This document shows, piece after piece, positions 19,006-26,379 of a DNA stretch of 26,379 bases. The notes below the pieces were generated by a model. The model was not told where the DNA came from and ran no database searches. It saw nothing but the letters and a program-made list of their open reading frames with translations. Numbering within the stretch: the stretch's first letter is position 1; each line of letters opens with the position of its first letter. The DNA is from Candidatus Heimdallarchaeota archaeon (GTDB lineage Archaea; Asgardarchaeota; Heimdallarchaeia; Hodarchaeales; Hodarchaeaceae): contig JBHLSH010000054.1 in assembly GCA_048881705.1 (NCBI GenBank), forward strand, positions 1 to 26,379, read 5' to 3'. The position numbers and the translations under genes are program-made.

Positions 19006-19563
19006 ATTCGGAATTTACGAAAATCTTGTTCCTATTGTATAGGAATTGCTCTAGAAATCGAGCTCAAACAATGTAAACATAACTGCTATAATGCAGCTTG
19101 CTACATCAATTCGATCAAGCAAAATTGCAACTCTTGGAACGGTACAGAGAATGTTAATCCTGATTTATAGGCACTTTACAGTTGTTTCCCAGATTTAGGT
19201 CTCATAGGTTAATTTAATCTTTCATTAACTCCAATAATCAATCTCAATTGGAGAGCTACTACCCTTACAAAGAGGAAAAACCATTATATTTTCGTGGGAT
19301 CTGATGATATAGAGACTGTGTTAGCAATAGACATTAAAGTTCAAATCACAATACTTTTTCCCGTTTTATCAAATATGTTCATTTAAATATTTTTGGGAGT
19401 GTTTGGATACTAATAAAGTCGGCTACCAGGTTTATCTTGATTGAAAACAAGAATCATTTGACAGATTTCATCCGATGTTGAATTTCGGGTGAAATTACGT
19501 TCCAAGGGTGTATCTTTTCCTCCGCATAATATGGGTGGTCATAGCCCTATGAAAGATAAGAAA

Positions 19564-19578
19564 CGCAAAATTATAAAA
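19564..19578 (+). promoter_or_regulatory. BRE + TATA-like promoter upstream of the HMG-CoA-synthase-like gene
   Basis: CGCAAAA followed by TTATAAAA, about 110 nt upstream of ATG 19689. Confidence 0.45.
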
Positions 19579-19688
19579 AGTATGTACGTATGGATTTCGT
19601 TTAGGAGCCTTACATGGGAATCAAAACGGTTATGACCCATATTTGAACTGATATTGGAGAATACAGTCTACTTACTGGAGGATCGATT

Positions 19689-21362
19689 ATGGCGGATATC
19701 AAGGCAATTGCATCTTTTATACCCGCGAATCGTCTGGAAGTAGACCAACTTGTCCGTCAATATCATAATCTATCCCATCTTAGCGCGAGAAGAGCCCTTA
19801 AAGCATTAAAGAAAACATTTTACCGATATCGGGGTAAAGCTCTTTCCTCGGTTCGCTGGATCTACAATCAACGCCTTTTATTACGAGAGAAAGTTGTTCC
19901 AGGCCCCAATGAAGACGCTCTAACCGCAGGCATCCAGTCACTTCAATTTGCGATCAAGCGAGCGGGTATCGAACCGCATGAGATCGATGCTCTGTTTGTG
20001 GTATCGGAATCGTATCCTTATGCGGTAAAATCGAGCACGGCAATTGCTGGAAAGGTAGGCTGTACAAAACTAAAGTATGGAGCTAGGGGAGAATTCGCCT
20101 GTAAACCGTTCGGTGAATTCCTTGATATAGCTGGAGCACTGGTAGACTCAGGGCGAGCCCGATATGTGGCCGTAACTGCCACCGATGCTAGCCAAGGGGC
20201 ACCTGGTGATGATTTGGAGTTTTCAGCCTCCTTTTACTCCACCAGCATAATAATAGGGCAAGGAAGCGGTATTGCGGAAATTAAAGGTCGCACATCCATT
20301 AATTATGACTTCTCTGATTTCATCCGTAAGGAAGGTGAGGATTTTCCTGAGCACGAGGGTCAGGGAACATCGTTAGCTTACAGAGGAATGATTCTTTCGA
20401 CCGTTAAAAAGCACCTAGAGCGATATGCTGACATCCAACCGGAGAGCCTTCCAAATAAAACCTGGGTACTTCACTCTCCTAATGGTAGTTTTCCACACGA
20501 AGCCCTTTTGGATATATCCGACCATTACGGGGTAAAATTGGCGGAAAAGGTATTCGATGAAAACGGAAAACTCCTTAGAATAGAACCTAGAGTAAAAGTC
20601 TCGAATTTAGCTCCTCAAATAGCCAACGGTTATTCGGCAACCGTTCCAACGGCATTGTGTGCAGCGATGGAGGAAGGTAAAGTAGATGAAGAGATCTTAA
20701 CAGTTTTATATGGTTCTGGCGCGGGATCGGATGTAATTACGATCAAGATGAAAGAAAATAGCGAACACGTCGCTAATAACGGCATTCCTACGGTAATGGA
20801 ACAAATAGCCAAAAATAAGCAGAAAATCAGTGTCGAAGATTATTTCCGTTATCGTGATACACCTCAATTAGCTGCTAGGAACGTTGCCATGCTTTCTTTG
20901 GATCCACTTGGGAAGGAATTTTATGAGGTTCAAGGTTGTCCAAGTTGTGGAGCAGTCTATTTTGGAGATTCGTGGACTCCTACTAACTTTCCGGATTTTG
21001 AACCGCCCGAAAAGTTCGCAAAATTGAAAAACAGGTGTCTACGAGGAATCCAATTTGATAGATCAGATGCAAAGCGAATTTGTGGTGAAAAGCTACATAA
21101 AATCAAATTGCCTAAACGAGGAAAGATCCGATCAGCAATATTTTCCACTTCTCAAAAGAAAAGCACAGGCTATCCTACCAATCCGTATTGGGTGATTTTC
21201 GACCAAAAAATGGTGAGGGGATTCAATTATAACCCAAATGTTAACTCCTTTAACGAGGGGGACGAAGTTGAGGCAATTATTGGCCGATGGAGACCCGATC
21301 CAAAAGATTGGGTACCATTTTTATACGTTCCAATGTACCAGCCCGTTTCCAAAGCGGAATAA
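19689..21362 (+). CDS. Archaeal HMG-CoA-synthase-like condensing enzyme fused to a DUF35 (zinc ribbon + OB-fold) domain
   Basis: NED, SESYPYAVK (E107), EFACK (C138), QGAPGDDLE, HSPNG (H262), YGSGAGSD; C-terminal CPSC (417-420), C450, C465 and an OB-fold-like tail. GGAGG ribosome-binding site. Confidence 0.82.
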   Translation: MADIKAIASFIPANRLEVDQLVRQYHNLSHLSARRALKALKKTFYRYRGKALSSVRWIYNQRLLLREKVVPGPNEDALTAGIQSLQFAIKRAGIEPHEIDALFVVSESYPYAVKSSTAIAGKVGCTKLKYGARGEFACKPFGEFLDIAGALVDSGRARYVAVTATDASQGAPGDDLEFSASFYSTSIIIGQGSGIAEIKGRTSINYDFSDFIRKEGEDFPEHEGQGTSLAYRGMILSTVKKHLERYADIQPESLPNKTWVLHSPNGSFPHEALLDISDHYGVKLAEKVFDENGKLLRIEPRVKVSNLAPQIANGYSATVPTALCAAMEEGKVDEEILTVLYGSGAGSDVITIKMKENSEHVANNGIPTVMEQIAKNKQKISVEDYFRYRDTPQLAARNVAMLSLDPLGKEFYEVQGCPSCGAVYFGDSWTPTNFPDFEPPEKFAKLKNRCLRGIQFDRSDAKRICGEKLHKIKLPKRGKIRSAIFSTSQKKSTGYPTNPYWVIFDQKMVRGFNYNPNVNSFNEGDEVEAIIGRWRPDPKDWVPFLYVPMYQPVSKAE

Positions 21363-21525
21363 CATTCAGTATTAATTTGCGGCCATAGGAGGCGGTATGA
21401 TCGGCTGCAAAGGGAGTTTGTAATGATAGGATCCATATGGGAACCCAAGAGCGATATCGCGCTCCCTTGGATCATTTTGAGCCCTTTAAATAGTTATTAA
21501 ATTTCTAAAGATGGATTGAAGAAGA

Positions 21526-22674
21526 TTGTTGGCTGTGGTAAGAAAAATAAAGAATTGGCTACTTTGGATAATAGGATTAAGTCTAATCATAACGACAGTG
21601 GGCATATCCGTGTTTATAGGCGGGATTTCTATGGATCCAAAGGTTTATATTCAGTTCCCTGTTCATTCGTTTTTTGGACTTGAATTTTATGTTTTTTTGG
21701 CCTTTGGCGGCTATTTTTTCCTTGTTTGTTCCTTTCTTCTTTTTCCTGGAATTTTAATATCCGACTCGAAATCATACTTTGGATTAAATGGTTTATCCCG
21801 CGTCCTCATTCTGCTCAGTATCGAATCCATTGTATACGCTCTTTTATTGGATGTTATACCCTCCCTCACAGCTTTATTCCCATGGCATGGCAGTTTTGAT
21901 TATCTCATATGGGGAATCTTCCTTTTTATACTCGGTTTTCCCCCCCTTGTGTTTAAGGAGAGATTTAATGCCAATAACAATGCCCAATCCCTTGTTTTTG
22001 TAATTTGTCTATTCGTAGGGTTCATATTCTTGGGATTTAGTTGGCTAGAATATAGCTACCTCTTGTTCCCATCCTTATCACGCCGATTATGGGGTGTACA
22101 TTTTATCCTAGGTAGTTTATTCTTAATAAGTGGTGGATTGCCCCTTTCAGTATCGTATATGGCAAAAAAATCAACGTTTCTTACGAAACTAGATCCATTA
22201 TTCCTCTTAATTGCGCTCCTTGGAGGAATAATTTACTTAATGCCGACCATAATTCATAATGGTTTCCTCCCGCTCGAAATTCTACGATCTTTTCACTACT
22301 TCGAACTTTTGACTTTTGGTTTACTCATCATGTCACTAGGTCTGGTTCCTTTTAGCATTTCGGAAACTCGAACCAAAACAATATACAAGTACAAGAACCA
22401 TTTATTAGCTATTCTAATAATTGGAGTGATTCAGATAGGCATTGCGGGACTACTTGTGATGTTAACTGGCCCAATACAAAGCTCTGCTGCATTCAATCCT
22501 TCTATTTTCTATATGACCTGGGATGTGTGGTGGTTTAATGGTGTGGCCGCAACTAGCCTAAGCTTGATTTTTCTAATACCGCTATTATTCTTCCAAACTC
22601 AGAACTTTGGCGTTGAACCTTTTGGCGAAGCTGAAGGAGAACGTCAGTCACCTAGTTCAGAAACAAATGCATAA
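21526..22674 (+). CDS. Hypothetical polytopic membrane protein
   Basis: 382-codon ORF with about 10 hydrophobic segments and an acidic C-terminal tail. No motif recognised. TTG start uncertain. Confidence 0.75.
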   Translation: MLAVVRKIKNWLLWIIGLSLIITTVGISVFIGGISMDPKVYIQFPVHSFFGLEFYVFLAFGGYFFLVCSFLLFPGILISDSKSYFGLNGLSRVLILLSIESIVYALLLDVIPSLTALFPWHGSFDYLIWGIFLFILGFPPLVFKERFNANNNAQSLVFVICLFVGFIFLGFSWLEYSYLLFPSLSRRLWGVHFILGSLFLISGGLPLSVSYMAKKSTFLTKLDPLFLLIALLGGIIYLMPTIIHNGFLPLEILRSFHYFELLTFGLLIMSLGLVPFSISETRTKTIYKYKNHLLAILIIGVIQIGIAGLLVMLTGPIQSSAAFNPSIFYMTWDVWWFNGVAATSLSLIFLIPLLFFQTQNFGVEPFGEAEGERQSPSSETNA

Positions 22675-22787
22675 TCGATCTCCAAAATCCATTAAAACGG
22701 AACTGGAATACGAGGGAAACTAGTAAACTGTAAAAATATGGCGTTCACCTAGAATCCAGAAAATCATCTGGAAAATGTGGTAAAGGT

Positions 22788-23645
22788 TCATTTTTGGCAA
22801 TTGGGACAAAAGAAGGTGCTACGTCCTTTTTGTTTTATACGCCCAATCTTCTTTGAGCAAACTGGACATGCCTTACCTGCGCGATTATACACTCGATGCC
22901 AGATCTGAGCTTCCCCAAAATCCCCCCTGGGACGAACGTACGGTTGTGCATTGATAGAACTACCCATAGATTGAAGAGCCTTATTCAGTATGAAACTAAT
23001 AGCCTCTCCAAGCCTATGTTTTTCGTTTATGGAAAGATCCTGAACTATTTTCCTCGGATCAATTCTGGCTTCGAAAAGAGCCTCGGATTTGTAGATATTT
23101 CCTATCCCAGCCACAAGTCTTTGGTCAATCAATGCTTCACCAATTGGTTTGGAAATAAAAGAGGGCAAATGGAGCCGATCAACAAATTGTTGACCAGGAA
23201 ATGGCCGCGTCAAACCGTCAATGCCCATTTTCTTGATGGGAGGATAATTGCTTACCATTTCTAGCGATTTAAAAACTCTAAATTGACCAAAGTTTCTTGT
23301 GTCATCAAAGACTGCATGAGGGGGACTTTCCATTTCAATTAGAACTTTAGGATGTTTATAATCCCCCTCGGGAACAATTCGGCTATTAATGAGCCCCCAT
23401 CGGCCACTCATTCCCAGATGATTTAGAATAACATTGGGAATCCCCCCAAAACGCCAAATCAGAAATTTTCCTACCCTAACTATTTCATCTAATGTACTAT
23501 TATCAAAAATGTCTAACTCAGGCTGCTTTTGGTGGTATTTAGGATAGTTTTGCGAAAATTCTGTCAATCGAATGTGCTTGACTTTCCTGGAGATAAGAGA
23601 AGACAATTCTTTCCTTACAGTTTCTACTTCAGGTCCTTCTGGCAT
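22788..23645 (-). CDS. mutM: Fpg/Nei-family DNA glycosylase/AP lyase (MutM-like)
   Basis: N-terminal PEGPEV, GKFL, HLGMSG, DTRNFG, H2TH VAGIGNIYKSEALF and C-terminal zinc finger CPVC...CPNC. Confidence 0.9.
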   Translation of the reverse strand: MPEGPEVETVRKELSSLISRKVKHIRLTEFSQNYPKYHQKQPELDIFDNSTLDEIVRVGKFLIWRFGGIPNVILNHLGMSGRWGLINSRIVPEGDYKHPKVLIEMESPPHAVFDDTRNFGQFRVFKSLEMVSNYPPIKKMGIDGLTRPFPGQQFVDRLHLPSFISKPIGEALIDQRLVAGIGNIYKSEALFEARIDPRKIVQDLSINEKHRLGEAISFILNKALQSMGSSINAQPYVRPRGDFGEAQIWHRVYNRAGKACPVCSKKIGRIKQKGRSTFFCPNCQK

Positions 23646-23669
23646 GTGTACTGCCCTCGGTACGGAACG

Positions 23670-23679
23670 CTTTATAAAG
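23670..23679. promoter_or_regulatory. Palindromic TATA box (CTTTATAAAG) between divergent mutM and surface-protein genes
   Basis: Perfect 10-bp palindrome about 26 nt from the mutM ATG and about 55 nt from ATG 23733. Confidence 0.55.
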
Positions 23680-23732
23680 GAACGTTCCTGCTGAAGGCGG
23701 AAAACAAGTCAAATAATAATAGGGTAATAAGA

Positions 23733-24479
23733 ATGTTGAAAGATCGACTTCGGATAATTATGGGAATGCTAGTTTTGGCAAGTCTCTTTGCGTATAGTTC
23801 ACTTGTCCTACCTTCAAGCGCTGCTCTAACCCTAAATTGGCATGAATCGGTTAAAGAAGGTGGCCAATGGAGGTTTAAGGTTTCTAACTATAGTGGAGAA
23901 GTAACTACTTTTTTTCCAGCCCTTGCTAATGTTTCAGAAGGATCGTTAATCCTTGTTAATGCCACAGGTAATCCACCTACCGTGGGTGATTGGACTTCCC
24001 TGGTAAGCTCAACCAACATCGCCTGGGTTGATATCTACATTGATGGAGAACCGACAGCGGAAGAAAATTTCGTTTACTTCTTTGTTTCTCCTCTAGACAT
24101 TGGAAACGATACGGTAGGCTGGGAAGCTTGGGTAAATATCATTGCATTCATTACTGCCTTGATGGGGTTGTTTGATCCCTATGCTGATTATCAAAACACA
24201 ACTACATCTACTGCAAACACCATTACTTACTCGATAAGCAATAGTGGAGGCACTGGTAATAATCAATGGGCAGTAAGCCATGAAATAACATACAACAACG
24301 GAACTGGTATTTTGGAGTCCTATACCTTTGATATGTCTAACACCACGCTATCAAGTTCGATAACTATTTCTCGGGAGACTGATTCAGGGCTTTTTCCGAC
24401 CCCCGCTCTTACCGTACCGTGGATTATCCTTTTCTTTTTCGCTTTAGTGGCTGTCCTACCACGCAGGAGAAGTAGGTAA
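23733..24479 (+). CDS. Secreted/surface glycoprotein with C-terminal membrane anchor
   Basis: Signal peptide from ATG 23733 (MLKDRLRIIMG...SAA), seven N-x-S/T sequons, C-terminal TM helix plus RRRSR. The track's 23529 start overlaps mutM antisense and was rejected. Confidence 0.78.
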   Translation: MLKDRLRIIMGMLVLASLFAYSSLVLPSSAALTLNWHESVKEGGQWRFKVSNYSGEVTTFFPALANVSEGSLILVNATGNPPTVGDWTSLVSSTNIAWVDIYIDGEPTAEENFVYFFVSPLDIGNDTVGWEAWVNIIAFITALMGLFDPYADYQNTTTSTANTITYSISNSGGTGNNQWAVSHEITYNNGTGILESYTFDMSNTTLSSSITISRETDSGLFPTPALTVPWIILFFFALVAVLPRRRSR

Positions 24480-24491
24480 ACCCTTCACTCA

Positions 24492-24509
24492 TTTTCTTCT
24501 TTTTTCTTC
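24492..24509 (+). terminator. Oligo-T/pyrimidine tract, archaeal-type terminator
   Basis: TTTTCTTCTTTTTTCTTC begins 13 nt after the stop at 24479. Confidence 0.45.
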
Positions 24510-24594
24510 AAGATTGGGATTATTACTTCTCTATGCTGCCGATGTCTTATCTTCGTGAGTTATTTATACCTGCTATCTATCCCTCGGTGGGTTG

Positions 24595-26379
24595 ATGAAT
24601 ATGGATACTAATCCCACTGAAATTAAAGAGACGGCCTATTCTCTCCTTCCAAGTGCTTTTGGAGGCTGTTTAGTCTTCATCTTCCTATCTCAAATTGAAA
24701 GATTTCTTACAATGATCTTCGTCCTGAATTTTTCAACGGCAGGGCCCAACATTACAGTGATTATGATTTTGTTCTTGGTCACAGGGTTATTGGAGTTGGT
24801 CATACCATGGCCTCATTCAGATCGCTTACTTTCCCTCTTTATGATTTTAACTTTCGTGTTAATATTGGTTGGCTTCTATCCTGATACTCTCATTGCGTCT
24901 ATAGGCTCTCTAGGTGCACTATTAGCTGTTACCCCACTAATCGTCCATGAGATTAATGTAGAAAAACAAAGGTTCGTCTTTTCTGTCGGATTCGGATTAT
25001 TTTTCCAATTACTAATTCGATCGTGGTTGGATGGGGCTACATATTATAGTACACTGTTGGGAAGTATTTTACTTCTGGTCTGGGGAATTCTGCCCATCAT
25101 CATATGGTTTGGTTACGTAAAATCTGCTAATCGAGCGAACCCACCTTCTGCTGATAATCTTATCGATGCTGTGCCGGTCATTACCTTTTTAATGATTCAG
25201 TACCTTTTCCTCGGATCACCCAGCGTGGTATCCACATGGCATATTCGTGATTACCCCCTTATATCCCTGGCTGGCAGTTTAGGCGTTTTTTTTGGCCTAT
25301 TCGTAGTTTTGTACGGATCGAAATTTGATATGGAAAAAAGGACGGTTTCATGGATCATAGATCCTATTATCTTGTATCTAGTTTCTATTATTGATCTTAT
25401 TTGGCTGGATGTATTTTCAATAGTTAGTTACTTTATCGCTCAAGCAACGAGTATAGTTATTCTCTTTTTAGGTTTGAATTATGCCGTATCGCGAACTCTT
25501 GTCTCTATTCGGCGTGTTGGTATCCGAATGGGACTAATTCAACTGATCACAATCCTTATTATATTCCTAGAAGTAAGTGCCGGCAATTGGGCTTTTATGC
25601 CTTCTGCGTTGGCATGGACTCGAGGATTAGCAAATTGGTTCGTTTTTATACTAGCACTCGTCTTTCCTCTGTCTTGTTTCGAATTTAAAGTTCCACGGGT
25701 CGAATTTATAAAACAAAAGTCCTTTTCAAAGGGGGCGCAAATTCTAGCTGTCATTCTTCTCTTAACCACTATATCAGGTGTCGTTGTTAACAGCTTTCTA
25801 GCAATTTCTCAATCCCCGTCCACTTCATCACTAAAGGTTATGACTTATAATATACATCAGTATTATGCAACAGGACAATCCGGCGAGTTTAACCTCGAGC
25901 AAGTACGAGACGTTATTCGAGCATCAGGAGCAGATATTGTAGGATTACAGGAATCAGAGGGAGGTCGGATAACCTCCTCTAATATGAATGGAGTTCGATG
26001 GCTCGCCCACCAACTAGGCATGCAGTACTATTTTTACGGGCCTCCAACTTCAGCTCAGATCTATGGCGTTTCTTTGCTATCTCGTTATCCTATTATCTCT
26101 CAACGATGGATTTACCTACCCAGAGAAGTATCGATTGAGCGTGTTGCAATCATGGTCGTGGTAGAGACAGGCAGTCTTGCGGGTCAAGTTCCAATAATCG
26201 TCACGCATTTTCAAACAAGTCCTTTCGCAGATGACCGCTTTTTACAAGCACAGGCTATTTTTGCGGAAACATTTTCTATCCAAAACGCGATTATCATGGG
26301 AGATTTTAACACACCTCCAAATGGGACAGATCCGACTTATCTCTTCTTGAATAATTCTTTCTCTGATGCGTGGGTTCTG
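24595..26379 (+). CDS. Polytopic membrane protein with C-terminal endonuclease/exonuclease/phosphatase (EEP) domain, Cwh43/PGAP2IP-like; 3'-truncated by the window
   Basis: Translated by hand; absent from the ORF track because no stop occurs in the window. Frame is open from ATG 24595 or 24601 to the end. About 400 hydrophobic residues, then KVMTYNIH, DIVGLQESE, YGPP...YGVSLLSRYPI, VTHF and IMGDFN. Confidence 0.88.
   Translation, partial: MNMDTNPTEIKETAYSLLPSAFGGCLVFIFLSQIERFLTMIFVLNFSTAGPNITVIMILFLVTGLLELVIPWPHSDRLLSLFMILTFVLILVGFYPDTLIASIGSLGALLAVTPLIVHEINVEKQRFVFSVGFGLFFQLLIRSWLDGATYYSTLLGSILLLVWGILPIIIWFGYVKSANRANPPSADNLIDAVPVITFLMIQYLFLGSPSVVSTWHIRDYPLISLAGSLGVFFGLFVVLYGSKFDMEKRTVSWIIDPIILYLVSIIDLIWLDVFSIVSYFIAQATSIVILFLGLNYAVSRTLVSIRRVGIRMGLIQLITILIIFLEVSAGNWAFMPSALAWTRGLANWFVFILALVFPLSCFEFKVPRVEFIKQKSFSKGAQILAVILLLTTISGVVVNSFLAISQSPSTSSLKVMTYNIHQYYATGQSGEFNLEQVRDVIRASGADIVGLQESEGGRITSSNMNGVRWLAHQLGMQYYFYGPPTSAQIYGVSLLSRYPIISQRWIYLPREVSIERVAIMVVVETGSLAGQVPIIVTHFQTSPFADDRFLQAQAIFAETFSIQNAIIMGDFNTPPNGTDPTYLFLNNSFSDAWVL

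Noticed and set aside
18952-19170. Cysteine-rich 72-aa ORF in the track
   Set aside because: Starts at a GTG inside the upstream gene, has no ribosome-binding site, runs through the terminator-like hairpin and matches no zinc-finger spacing I recognise.
8807-19493. Shared 11-mer TTTCGGGTGAA upstream of the corrinoid gene (8807-8817, minus) and the synthase gene (19483-19493)
   Set aside because: One 11-mer match among a few kb of intergenic DNA on two strands is expected by chance.
19531-19635. 34-codon upstream ORF before the synthase gene
   Set aside because: Spans the probable BRE/TATA element and has no ribosome-binding site.
21422-21480. AUGA...GA stem resembling a eukaryote-like SECIS
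   Set aside because: No upstream gene has an in-frame TGA, redox proteins in the window use cysteine, and the stem geometry is not canonical.
23529-23732. N-terminal extension of the surface protein given in the track
   Set aside because: Overlaps mutM antisense and the shared promoter; the signal peptide begins at ATG 23733.
113-25769. Short antisense or overlapping ORFs in the track (e.g. 113-448, 300-842, 1411-1686, 11702-12055, 22896-23264, 25539-25769)
   Set aside because: They are shadows of well-supported genes and carry no motifs.
1-26379. CRISPR arrays, tRNA/rRNA, IS elements, integrases, defence genes
   Set aside because: No spaced repeats, cloverleaf, or transposase/integrase motifs seen by eye.

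Overview
Archaeal chromosomal window with 22 well-supported coding regions; I found no rRNA, tRNA, CRISPR array or transposase. An archaeal-type glutamyl-tRNA synthetase, an archaeal-type HMG-CoA-synthase-like gene, a COG1361 S-layer/ABC cassette, TATA/BRE-like promoters and GGTGA/GGAGG ribosome-binding sites point to an archaeon. A Rab-like small GTPase suggests an Asgard lineage (inference only). In order: meaB GTPase; MFS transporter; a minus-strand run of corrinoid protein, homocysteine S-methyltransferase, non-pyrrolysine MttB-family methyltransferase, YyaL-like thioredoxin protein and Ldh_2 oxidoreductase; a divergent OsmC-like / peroxiredoxin-like pair; AEC transporter; gltX; membrane-fused ABC ATPase, surface protein and MacB-like permease; small GTPase with large insertions; YdjM-like hydrolase; HMG-CoA-synthase-like/DUF35 fusion; unknown polytopic membrane protein; Fpg/MutM glycosylase; C-terminally anchored surface protein; and a Cwh43-like membrane EEP-domain protein that runs off the window and is missing from the supplied ORF track. 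The best candidate for an under-described system is the three-gene cobalamin-dependent methylamine/betaine-to-homocysteine methyl-transfer module. All family assignments come from motif recognition by eye, not database searches.
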